A DNA stretch of 64,000 nucleotides from an uncultured Pseudomonadota bacterium (GTDB lineage: Bacteria > Pseudomonadota > Alphaproteobacteria > Rs-D84). Below, one piece after another: positions 42,704-51,353 of this stretch (within the stretch, counting starts at the first letter, position 1; every line of letters begins with the position of its first letter). The notes under the pieces are model-generated. The model worked only from the letters and a program-made list of their open reading frames with translations, had not been told where the DNA came from and ran no database searches. Location: NCBI GenBank assembly GCA_949290785.1, contig CASETE010000013.1, positions 3,529 to 67,528 on the forward strand, in the 5' to 3' direction. The translations under genes and the position numbers were made by a program.

Positions 42704-43252
42704 TTATAACACGGCAAGAATTTTGGCAAAATTATCTTGAACGTCACCGGGAACGGATACTTCTGAAAACTTTATGTTGGATAGTGTAGATAACCACTTT
42801 ATTGTCGGTAAAGTTTCTTGTTCAAATATCTGCAATCTTTTATTAATTATTGCGTCGCTGGCGTCGTCTGTGCGCCCGCCCCCTTCGCGTATACGTTTTT
42901 GTATTCGTTTAATTAGTATATCTTTGGGTACGGAAAGAAAAATAACGTGTATTTGGAATTCTTTTGAATATGTGTTTATCAGCCATTTTGCCTGTTCCAG
43001 CGTTCTTGGAAATCCATCTAATACTGCATCTTTGTCGGCAGAAATGTTGTTGGCAATTATTTGTATCAAGGTTTCAAACGGGACCAACGTACCTTGTTTG
43101 ATTATATTGTTAATGGTTGGGTTCGTCTTGGCAGAATTACGCAAAATGGCACCGGTTTCAATGTAATTGAAGTCGTATTTTTCGCATAGCATACGAGCAA
43201 AAGTTCCTTTGCCAACGCCCTGCCCGCCCATAAGAACAATCATTCTTTTCAT
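42704..43252 (-). CDS. adk: Adenylate kinase (short-lid type)
   Basis: P-loop GGQGVGKGT, LDGFPRTLEQA, R.DD....I.KRL. Confidence 0.85.
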   Translation of the reverse strand: MKRMIVLMGGQGVGKGTFARMLCEKYDFNYIETGAILRNSAKTNPTINNIIKQGTLVPFETLIQIIANNISADKDAVLDGFPRTLEQAKWLINTYSKEFQIHVIFLSVPKDILIKRIQKRIREGGGRTDDASDAIINKRLQIFEQETLPTIKWLSTLSNIKFSEVSVPGDVQDNFAKILAVL

Positions 43253-43272
43253 TATGATTTACATTATATCAT

Positions 43273-43309
43273 AAAAAACACAATCCAGCAAGTTTGCTGG
43301 ATTGTGTTT
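43273..43309 (-). terminator. Terminator downstream of rpsA
   Basis: aaaaaacacaatccagca-agtt-tgctggattgtgttt. Confidence 0.75.
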
Positions 43310-43332
43310 GGTATGCAAATCTAAGAAACATC

Positions 43333-45039
43333 TTATTTTTTGCTGTTTTCAATTGCTGCACCCAAAATGTCGCCCAAGACAGAGCCGCTGTCGGCCTGGT
43401 TTGAGTATTCTTTGACTGCTTGCTTTTCAAGTGTTACCTGCAAAGCACGAATTGAAAGTTTTACAGTATTGTTGTCAACAGAAACAACAGATGCTTCTAC
43501 GGTATCACCTACGTTGAACTTGCTTGTGTCTTGTTCAGATTTTTCACGAGACAAGTCTGTGCGACGAATGATGCCCTTGATGTCGTTTGGCAAGTCCAAA
43601 ATCAATTCATCTGGTGTGATTTCAGATACTGTTCCTGAAACAACGGCGCCTTTTTTAATAGAAGCCGCGTTATTGTCTGCACCTTCGGTTAATTGTTTAA
43701 TGCCCAAAGTGATGCGTTCTTTTTCAGGATTGATGTCCAAAATCTTTGCGGTGACTTCTTGGCCGCGAACGAATTTCTTTAATTCTTCTTCGTCCAGTTT
43801 ATTCCAAGACAAGTCGGAAATATGAACCATACCGTCTAAATCTGGCGTTAATGCAACGAATAAGCCAAATTCTGTTGTGTTCTTGATTGGGCCCGTTACA
43901 ACGTCGCCAACGTTATGCGTTTCGGCGAATTGTTTCCATGGGTTTGGTTGCAATTGTTTATAGCCCAATGAAATGCGACGTTTGTCTTGGTCAATGCCCA
44001 ATACAACAACGTTAATTTCTTGGCCGTTTTGCAGAACTTTGCTTGGGTGAATGTTTTTGTTCGTCCAAGACAATTCAGACATATGTACCAAACCTTCTAC
44101 ATTGTTGCCCAAGTCAACAAATGCGCCGTAATCGGTCAAAGAAGATACTTTACCGGTTACTGTATCGCCAACGTTGAATGCACGTGACGCGTTTTCCCAT
44201 GGGTCTTCTTCCAATTGCTTCGCGCCCAGTGAAATACGATGAGATTCTGGGTCAAATTGTATGACTTTGACTTTGATTTTCTGACCAACGTGTACCAATT
44301 CACGTGGGTGGTTTACGCGTTTCCAAGACAAATCTGTTACGTGTAACAAACCGTCAATGCCGCCTAAATCAATGAACACGCCATAGTCTGTGATGTTTTT
44401 GACAGTGCCTTCTATGACCGCGCCCAATTCAATGTTTTTCATTGCTTCTTTTTGTGCTGCTGCAATTGTGTCCGCCTGTATAGCACGACGAGAAACAATC
44501 GCGTTAGTGCGCAATGCATCCATTTTTAATACGCGGAACTTGTCCTTTAAACCGATTAAAGACTTTGCGTCGCGTACTGGTTTATGGTCAACTTGTGAAG
44601 AAGGCATAAACGCAAATACACCGTTGATATCAACTGTGTAGCCGCCACGAACAACGTCAATGATTGTTCCTTCTGGATCAATGCCTTCGGCAACAGTTTT
44701 TTCAAGTTCTTTCCAGGCCTTTTCAGCACGTGCCTTGGTATAAGACAAAACTGCTGTCCCTTCGCGAGATTCATATCTTTCTACGAATACATCAATGATG
44801 TCGCCAACAGATGGAACGGATGCGCCAAATTCTTTTAGCGGAACGCGCCCTTCTGATTTCAAGCCGACGTCAACCAACGCGAAATCACCGCGGATATCTT
44901 TCACGGTACCTTTGGTGGCATAGCCTTGCAAAGTTTCTTGGTTGCCATAGTTTTGATTAAACATCTGGACAAAATCTTCGCCAGATACAGGATTAAATAA
45001 ATCTTTGGATAAATCTTTCATAAGAGAAGTTTCATACAA
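43333..45039 (-). CDS. rpsA: 30S ribosomal protein S1
   Basis: 568 aa with six S1 motifs (G.V.G.V......G.FVDLG...GL.H.S). Confidence 0.97.
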   Translation of the reverse strand: MYETSLMKDLSKDLFNPVSGEDFVQMFNQNYGNQETLQGYATKGTVKDIRGDFALVDVGLKSEGRVPLKEFGASVPSVGDIIDVFVERYESREGTAVLSYTKARAEKAWKELEKTVAEGIDPEGTIIDVVRGGYTVDINGVFAFMPSSQVDHKPVRDAKSLIGLKDKFRVLKMDALRTNAIVSRRAIQADTIAAAQKEAMKNIELGAVIEGTVKNITDYGVFIDLGGIDGLLHVTDLSWKRVNHPRELVHVGQKIKVKVIQFDPESHRISLGAKQLEEDPWENASRAFNVGDTVTGKVSSLTDYGAFVDLGNNVEGLVHMSELSWTNKNIHPSKVLQNGQEINVVVLGIDQDKRRISLGYKQLQPNPWKQFAETHNVGDVVTGPIKNTTEFGLFVALTPDLDGMVHISDLSWNKLDEEELKKFVRGQEVTAKILDINPEKERITLGIKQLTEGADNNAASIKKGAVVSGTVSEITPDELILDLPNDIKGIIRRTDLSREKSEQDTSKFNVGDTVEASVVSVDNNTVKLSIRALQVTLEKQAVKEYSNQADSGSVLGDILGAAIENSKK

Positions 45040-45239
45040 AGTTTGCCGTCGCTAATTATGTTTTAGACTAGCGAGGTCTTGTGGGGTTAATCGGATTGAT
45101 AATGCGCCCACCCGCAAAATCAGACGGATTATAAAAGATTTTTTTTGAAAAAGCAAGGGTTTATAAAAATTTAACGCGGGTAAAAAATGTTGATACAATC
45201 ATTATATTATGTATTATATCCATAAAATGGAGATGTTAA

Positions 45240-45680
45240 ATGAATCCTATTAAAAACCATAATAACGTTAAAACTTTTGATGACATTAAAGATGCTTTAA
45301 AATATGGTGTACTTTTTGGCTGTACCGCTGCGATTGCTGGGGCGCTGTTTGTGAATTTGCGCATAATTAATCAACATTTAAATACACAGGATAAAAAAGA
45401 CAGTGATTTAATAGGGCTTTCTTTAAAAAATCGCTTTGAAACCGCATATTGTTTAAATACACCAGAAGAACATAAGTATTATTATGAAGAGCCTTATCAT
45501 AACGGTCATGCCGGTGAATTACAGAAAAAATATTATCCGGCACCAAAAAATACTTATTTTGTAATAGGTTATTCAGCCATGGTGGGGGCGCTGTTGGGCG
45601 CGGGCTTTGGCGCTAGCGGTCTTATATCAACAAGGGAAAAAACGCTTACTAACATGAAGCAAAATTCTCGTTCAAGATAA
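45240..45680 (+). CDS. 146-aa hypothetical membrane protein
   Basis: Two hydrophobic segments (GVLFGCTAAIAGALFV; VIGYSAMVGALLGAGFGASGL) and a Tyr-rich loop. No family recognised. Confidence 0.5.
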   Translation: MNPIKNHNNVKTFDDIKDALKYGVLFGCTAAIAGALFVNLRIINQHLNTQDKKDSDLIGLSLKNRFETAYCLNTPEEHKYYYEEPYHNGHAGELQKKYYPAPKNTYFVIGYSAMVGALLGAGFGASGLISTREKTLTNMKQNSRSR

Positions 45681-45702
45681 AAACGCCCGTTTGGGCGTTT
45701 TT
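45679..45702. terminator. Bidirectional palindromic terminator (ACGCCC-stem family) holding both convergent stop codons
   Basis: aagataaaaacgccc-gttt-gggcgtttttatct. The AGA-TAA of the plus-strand gene and of thyA lie in the two arms. Confidence 0.8.
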
Positions 45703-46639
45703 ATCTGGCGACGTCGCCTCTTAACTTTTTATGGTGCAAATAGTTCTTTAAGATAAAGTCCGTTGCGTGCCAGTTTAGCATACCATTCCAATTATCGTCA
45801 GGAATTTCAACCGTTGGCAAAGGTAGTGGATTGCGTGACAGTTGTTCTTTTACTTGCGATAAATGGTTCGTGTAAATGTGTATGTCGTGTAGTTCGCCTT
45901 TTAATATGCCCGGCTTCAGTCCAGATTCTTTTGCATATAACAACAACAACAGCGCATAACTGGCGATATTATAAGGTATGCCTAAGAACATATCGCACGA
46001 ACGTTGCGTCCATATCAAAGACAATTTGCCGTCTCTGACAACCAGTTGGTGCATTATATGGCATGGCGGTAAAGCCATTTGTGGCATTGCGGTTGGGTTC
46101 CATGCGCTTACAATAATTCGTCTGTCGTTTGGATTGTTTTTTAGTTTTTCTATTGCATTTTTTACTTGGTCAACGCCCGGTTTTTTAGGGTTAAAATTAT
46201 TTTCTGGATTTTTATGGTTCCATTTATACGTTCCGCCAAAGTGACGCCACTGAAATCCATATATAGGTCCCAAGTCGCGTTCTTTATCCATAATTTTGTT
46301 TCGTATAGAGTTTTTTTCGTCGTCCGACAGTTTCAACCCGGCGGTTTTCAAATTGTATTTTCTTTCTACTTTTATAGGATTTGCCCATTCGTCCCAAATG
46401 TGGCACTTTCTGTCTTGTAGCCATTTTTTATCGGTTATGCCGCGCAGAAAGAATTCTAATTCTGTCGCTATATTTTTTAGGCCCATTTGTTTAGTCGTTA
46501 TCAAAGGAAACCCCATGTCCATATCATGTACGAATACGGCCCCGGACCCCAGTCCGATATCTGGAATACCTGTCCTGTTGTTGCGTATATTTTTGTGGTT
46601 ATTGTAAATGTCGCTTAGGATTTCAAGATATGCTTTCAT
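45701..46639 (-). CDS. thyA: Thymidylate synthase ThyA (long 312-aa form)
   Basis: NRTG, ...PPCH...Q..V.DGKLS......RS.D.FLG.P.NIASYALL. Confidence 0.95.
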   Translation of the reverse strand: MKAYLEILSDIYNNHKNIRNNRTGIPDIGLGSGAVFVHDMDMGFPLITTKQMGLKNIATELEFFLRGITDKKWLQDRKCHIWDEWANPIKVERKYNLKTAGLKLSDDEKNSIRNKIMDKERDLGPIYGFQWRHFGGTYKWNHKNPENNFNPKKPGVDQVKNAIEKLKNNPNDRRIIVSAWNPTAMPQMALPPCHIMHQLVVRDGKLSLIWTQRSCDMFLGIPYNIASYALLLLLYAKESGLKPGILKGELHDIHIYTNHLSQVKEQLSRNPLPLPTVEIPDDNWNGMLNWHATDFILKNYLHHKKLRGDVAR

Positions 46640-46696
46640 GGATATTTCCCTTTTTATAATTGAGGAATATAGTACTCTGTAAGGAAATAAGTCAAC

Positions 46697-46722
46697 AAAA
46701 AACGCCCAAACGGGCGTTTTTT
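46697..46722 (-). terminator. Terminator downstream of tig; inverted copy of the 45679 hairpin
   Basis: aaaaaacgccc-aaac-gggcgtttttt, the reverse complement of the 45679 element including the loop. Confidence 0.8.
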
Positions 46723-48016
46723 ATTTAACAGTTGCTTGTTTGAATAGTTCTTCTGGTTTGACGCTTTTTTCTTTTGTTTTTACGTGTGTCAACATTGCGT
46801 CCAAAGCCTTGCGTTCAAAAATCATACCGCGCAACATGGCCAAAGCGTTTTGATTTTTGTTATAGAATTCAAACACTTGTTTTGGGTCTGGATAGCGTGA
46901 AGCCTCGGCCCAGATGGCGTGTTGCAGGTCGTCACGAGTTACCTCTACTTTATTTTGTGTTCCCCATTCTGCCAATATCAATCCAAGTTTTACACGACGT
47001 TCTGCTTCTTTACGTTCTTTTTTATCGTCCCATTTATGTTCTTTGTCGTTGGCGTGCATTCTGTCGTGTTCTTGTTTTGCCATATTGTATTCTTGGTCAA
47101 CCAAGATTTCTGGCAAATCCAATTTAACCTTATCCGCCAAGACGTCCAACAATTCATTACGCATTTCTTGTTTGGCCGCTTCGTCATATTGTTCGTTTAA
47201 GATTTTGCGAATATGTTCGCGCAGGTCTTTTACAGATTCTTGACCGATTGTTTTTGCAAATTCGTCATTTAGTTCTGGTAAGACATGCTTGCGAACTTCG
47301 TGAACTTTTACGGCAAAGCGTGCATCTTTTCCGGCCAATTCAGACGCGTGATAGTCTTTTGGAAATTTGACGTTTACATCAAATTCTTCACCTGCTTTGT
47401 GCCCGATGACTTGGTCTTCAAATCCAGGTATGAATGCGCCAGAGCCTAATATCAAATGGTGTTTTGTTGCGGCGCCGCCTTCAAATTGTTTATCGCCCAA
47501 GAAGCCTGTGAAATCAATAACTGCGGTATCGCCGTTTTGTGCAGCATAATCATCTGCTTGTTTTTCGGCAGTACTGCGACTTTTACGCAGGTTCTCTAAA
47601 GATTTTTCAACTTCTGCTTCATCAAGCGTGGTTGTTTTCTTTACAAGCGTGATTTTTTCTAAATCAATTGCCGGTAAAGTCGGTAATATGTCAAACTCCA
47701 TAGAGTATTCAACGTCTTTACCGATTTCCCAACCCGCCAAGTCGGCTTTGGGTGAGCCCGCCAAGCGAATTTTCTTTTCCGTTATATAATCGTTTAAATC
47801 TTTGTTCATCAGTTTATCAACGGCTTCGCCATAGGCAGACGCGTTATATTTTTGACGTAATACGGACAAAGGAATGTGGCCCGGACGAAAACCTGCCATT
47901 TTGGCTGTTTTTCCGTATTCCGTCAGGATTTCGTCGGCTGTTGCCTGCAAATCTGCGGCCGAAATAAAACCAGTGACAGAATAGTGTAAATCTTTGATTT
48001 TTTCTTTTTTAAACAT
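46721..48016 (-). CDS. tig: Trigger factor
   Basis: N-terminal GFRPGHIPLSVLRQKY ribosome-binding motif region, central FKBP-like domain (GFLGDKQFEGG), 431 aa. Confidence 0.95.
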   Translation of the reverse strand: MFKKEKIKDLHYSVTGFISAADLQATADEILTEYGKTAKMAGFRPGHIPLSVLRQKYNASAYGEAVDKLMNKDLNDYITEKKIRLAGSPKADLAGWEIGKDVEYSMEFDILPTLPAIDLEKITLVKKTTTLDEAEVEKSLENLRKSRSTAEKQADDYAAQNGDTAVIDFTGFLGDKQFEGGAATKHHLILGSGAFIPGFEDQVIGHKAGEEFDVNVKFPKDYHASELAGKDARFAVKVHEVRKHVLPELNDEFAKTIGQESVKDLREHIRKILNEQYDEAAKQEMRNELLDVLADKVKLDLPEILVDQEYNMAKQEHDRMHANDKEHKWDDKKERKEAERRVKLGLILAEWGTQNKVEVTRDDLQHAIWAEASRYPDPKQVFEFYNKNQNALAMLRGMIFERKALDAMLTHVKTKEKSVKPEELFKQATVK

Positions 48017-48104
48017 AGTTTTCCCCTAAGAGTAAATTGCGGAATGATTATACACGCTTTTTTTATAAACGCAACACAAAGTTGGGTTGCTGTAAAAAGA
48101 TTCA

Positions 48105-48129
48105 CAAAAAACCGCCACAGGCGGTTTTC
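48105..48129 (-). terminator. Terminator downstream of rpsI
   Basis: aaaaaaccgcc-aca-ggcggttttct. Confidence 0.7.
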
Positions 48130-48145
48130 TGTGAAATATTCGGCA

Positions 48146-48628
48146 TTAACGTTTGCTGAATTGCGTTGAACGACGCGCCTTGTGATGACCAAAGTGCTTA
48201 CGTTCTACGACGCGGCTGTCGCGTGTCAAGAAGCCTGCTGACTTCAACGCTTTGCGCAATTCTGGTTCGGCTTTTTCCAATGCTTTGGAAATGCCGTGTT
48301 TAACTGCGCCCGCTTGACCTGACAGACCACCGCCCATAACAATTGCGAATACGTCATATGCACCTTCGCGTTTTGTAACGCCAAAAGGTTGTGCGATTAT
48401 CATTTGCAACACTGGGCGACGGAAGTATTCAGCGATAGGTTTATCGTTAACGATTATGTTGCCCTTGCCCGCTTTTAAATAAACGCGTGCGACAGAGTCT
48501 TTACGTTTACCTGTTGCATATATTGCGTCATTCAATTTAATGTCGCTGGCAGCCTTCTTTGTCGCAGGGGCGGTTTTTTTAGTTGTTTTTACTGCCTTGG
48601 TTGCAGCAGTTTTCTTTGCTTCTGTCAT
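48146..48628 (-). CDS. rpsI: 30S ribosomal protein S9 with a K/A/T-rich N-terminal extension
   Basis: ATGKRK.SVARV.L..G.G.I.VN and the C-terminal [11 protein letters not shown]. Confidence 0.96.
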   Translation of the reverse strand: MTEAKKTAATKAVKTTKKTAPATKKAASDIKLNDAIYATGKRKDSVARVYLKAGKGNIIVNDKPIAEYFRRPVLQMIIAQPFGVTKREGAYDVFAIVMGGGLSGQAGAVKHGISKALEKAEPELRKALKSAGFLTRDSRVVERKHFGHHKARRSTQFSKR

Positions 48629-49101
48629 TATTCACCCCTTTTGTTTTTACGGTTCAAGCCAGCAAAGTCAATAACGATTGGTTTTTGTGCTGTGTGTTTA
48701 TGTTCTGCGCCCGCATAAACGTGCAGTTTGGTCAAGCGTTTGTTTGCCAATGCAACGGCGGTACGGCGCCCCATCATACGTTTGACGGCGTTTGTGACCA
48801 ACGTTTCAGGTTTTTCTTGGCGCATTTGCCCCAGTGTGCGTTCTTTCAAACCACCCGTCCACAAAGAGTGCCAAAAGAATTTTGTTTTATCTGCTTTTTT
48901 ACCAGACAATGCAATTTTGTCGGCGTTTATAATGATTACGTGGTCACCGCAGTCCATATTAGGTGTCCAAGTAGGTTTATGTTTGCCACGCAGGATGTTT
49001 GCGGTATATGCCGCCAGACGACCCAGTGTGCAGTCTGTTGCGTCAATCAGATACCATTTGGCCTCTAATTCGCATTTTTTTAACGATTTTGTCGCTGCCA
49101 T
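48628..49101 (-). CDS. rplM: 50S ribosomal protein L13
   Basis: [15 protein letters not shown]...[18 protein letters not shown]. The stop overlaps the rpsI ATG by 1 nt (TAATG). Confidence 0.96.
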   Translation of the reverse strand: MAATKSLKKCELEAKWYLIDATDCTLGRLAAYTANILRGKHKPTWTPNMDCGDHVIIINADKIALSGKKADKTKFFWHSLWTGGLKERTLGQMRQEKPETLVTNAVKRMMGRRTAVALANKRLTKLHVYAGAEHKHTAQKPIVIDFAGLNRKNKRGE

Positions 49102-49159
49102 TTTTTACCTTTTTTAATTATTTAGCGGGACAATTATGCCCCGCAACACCAGAAAAGTC

Positions 49160-49193
49160 AAGAAAAAATCATATGGTATTATATTACCATATT
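49160..49193 (-). terminator. Terminator downstream of the glycine-rich gene pair
   Basis: On the minus strand: atatggta-atataa-taccatat followed by gatttttt. Confidence 0.55.
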
Positions 49194-49195
49194 GT

Positions 49196-50173
49196 TTACA
49201 TTTTATAAATACGTACGAATGATACGTTGCTGGTGCCGGTTGAACCAGAACCACCATCACCGCCAACGCTTGTGGTCGTAGATGACCTTGCTATAACTGC
49301 AGCGCCGCCACCGCCACCGCCGTACGAATAAGCGTATTGTCCACCACATATATATGGCATTGTGGCCCCGCCCCTGCCACCATTAACTGTTACCAGTTCT
49401 GTACAGGCATATGTTTTACATGATGTTACATTGCCCCCGTCGCCGCCCGATAAACTTGTTCCGTTTTCGCCAGGATTTATAACAATGCCATCAGTTGGAT
49501 AGGTGTATTTATATTGCCAGTTTGCGCCGCCAACGCCGCTCGGTGCGCCACCACCACCACCACCAATACTGTATATAACAGCGTCGGGTTTGTGTTGTAA
49601 AAAACTTCTGGCGCCATTTATATGGTCGGGTAAATTAACGCCGCCGCCGAAACCGTTGCCAACCAATACTGTTGTTGAAGTAGCGACAAGGTTTCTTGCA
49701 CAGTCTTGTTTGGGTCTAGTACAGGTTTTCCCTGGTCCTCCATTTGCACGCCATACACGGTCGCCAATAACCAATATACTGTCAACCCCAGATGCCCCGC
49801 CGCCAAATGAACTTATGCATCCATTTGATATTATCGTTTTCCCTGGATTGCCGTCCCCGCCACGTAATGCGTATACCGTTGTGGGTTGCGATATGCTGAA
49901 TACCGCAGATATTGTCGTATTGTCATCAAAACCAATGTGGTCCAGGCAGTTTTCGTTTGCTGTACCAATACCACCGCGCATCTCTGCACGATAACAACCG
50001 GGTTGTAATACAACTTCGTTACATGTGTTGAAATTAGATGCCTCAAACACCAGTTCTTCTTCGCCCGTTAAAATACACTGGCCTACTGGTACATCGTTTA
50101 CCGCCTTGTACACATTACCATCAGGCGTTTTTACAAATACAGTTTGTGCCAAAAGCAGTGTTGTAAAAAACAT
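49196..50173 (-). CDS. Glycine-rich protein, paralogue B (325 aa)
   Basis: Short hydrophobic N-terminus. VLQPGCYRAEMRGGIG, YALRGGDGNPG, GGGASGVDSILVIG.R..RANGGPG, several GGGGGG runs, C-terminal GSGSTGTSNVSFVRIYKM. Confidence 0.75.
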   Translation of the reverse strand: MFFTTLLLAQTVFVKTPDGNVYKAVNDVPVGQCILTGEEELVFEASNFNTCNEVVLQPGCYRAEMRGGIGTANENCLDHIGFDDNTTISAVFSISQPTTVYALRGGDGNPGKTIISNGCISSFGGGASGVDSILVIGDRVWRANGGPGKTCTRPKQDCARNLVATSTTVLVGNGFGGGVNLPDHINGARSFLQHKPDAVIYSIGGGGGGAPSGVGGANWQYKYTYPTDGIVINPGENGTSLSGGDGGNVTSCKTYACTELVTVNGGRGGATMPYICGGQYAYSYGGGGGGAAVIARSSTTTSVGGDGGSGSTGTSNVSFVRIYKM

Positions 50174-50178
50174 AATGA

Positions 50179-51213
50179 TTATCCTATCTTATAAATTTTG
50201 ATAAAACTGGTTTCAGACGTCCCGGTACTGCCAGACGCGCCGGCACCACCGTCTGCACAGTCAGGGTCACACCATGCGGTACCATATGTTTTACAGGCGC
50301 TGTCAACCCGTCCATAACATATTGCACCGCCACCACCGCCACCATAAGATATGGCTGTTTGGCCACCACAAGAATATGTTACGTTTTGTCCGCCCGCGCC
50401 ACCAATAGCATTATTTGTGGTAACGGCATTCCCCAGCAGATTTGTTGCATTACCGCCCTTGCCGCCACCTGTGGTTGTGCCCGGCATGCTGGCAGTGGCG
50501 GAAAAGTTTGATGTGGTTTTTGAATTGTTTCCATTACCGCCACCGTTTATATTTGCGCCACCGCCACCGCCAGCACACAAAACAGCTGATGAAGCAGCAT
50601 ACGCAGCACCGCCATCGTTTATTGTCGTGTCTGAATAATTCCCGCCACCGCCACCACCGCAGTTATATTTATGGTTGGCGCCACCGCTTGGGAATGCCCG
50701 TGTTTGAAAATTCATACATCTGGTGCCTGGGCCACCGTTTGCGCGTATTGTACGGTTGCCAACAACCAATATACTGTCAACGCCCGATGCACCACCGCCT
50801 GGAACTTGGTGACCCGTAATTGTTGGTCCGTTGTTACCGTCGCCACCACGTAATGCGTATAAGGTTGTGGCATTGTTTAGTTTAAATATACTGGATACAT
50901 ATTCACCGGGTGATTTCATAGTGCCCGTTCCAGTATCACATCTGTATGGTTTACCGCCACTGCCACCACGGAGCTCGGCGCGATATATACCCGCAGGTAA
51001 TTCAAATGTTTGGCATGTGTTTATTGTGTTTTCTTCGTATACCAAGTGCTCGATACCGTCAAATATCCCACCGTCCAACGGCATAATCGGTACGTGATAA
51101 ATATCCCCAGAATGTGTCTTGACATGTATTGCGGGACTGGTTATTTGTTGTTCGCGTGCAACCAGTTCAACGTCGCCTACGTGTAAAGTCAAAGCCAATA
51201 AAGCCGCTATCAT
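50179..51213 (-). CDS. Glycine-rich protein, paralogue A (344 aa from the ATG at 51213)
   Basis: FELPAGIYRAELRGGSGG, YALRGGDGNNG, GGGASGVDSILVVGNRTIRANGGPG, GGGGGG runs, C-terminal GASGSTGTSETSFIKIYKIG. A G-run RBS lies 4 nt before the ATG. Confidence 0.75.
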   Translation of the reverse strand: MIAALLALTLHVGDVELVAREQQITSPAIHVKTHSGDIYHVPIMPLDGGIFDGIEHLVYEENTINTCQTFELPAGIYRAELRGGSGGKPYRCDTGTGTMKSPGEYVSSIFKLNNATTLYALRGGDGNNGPTITGHQVPGGGASGVDSILVVGNRTIRANGGPGTRCMNFQTRAFPSGGANHKYNCGGGGGGNYSDTTINDGGAAYAASSAVLCAGGGGGANINGGGNGNNSKTTSNFSATASMPGTTTGGGKGGNATNLLGNAVTTNNAIGGAGGQNVTYSCGGQTAISYGGGGGGAICYGRVDSACKTYGTAWCDPDCADGGAGASGSTGTSETSFIKIYKIG

Positions 51214-51306
51214 ATATCCCCCCAACACATACTTGTATTATCAGTAAGATAAAATACCTGTTTAATATTTAATGTTATCATAGAAATTTGTAAAACTTAT
51301 AGCAAC

Positions 51307-51334
51307 AAAAAAATGTCCCACCGGACATTTTTTT
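51307..51334 (-). terminator. Terminator downstream of the histidine kinase gene
   Basis: aaaaaaatgtcc-cacc-ggacattttttt. Confidence 0.75.
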
Positions 51335-51353
51335 GTAACTTTTTTTTACTTTT

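Noticed and set aside
49503-50819. Plus-strand ORFs (163, 95 and 125 aa) antisense to the glycine-rich genes, rich in Pro.
   Set aside because: GGN codons read on the opposite strand give CCN (Pro) runs. They are mirror artefacts without start signals.
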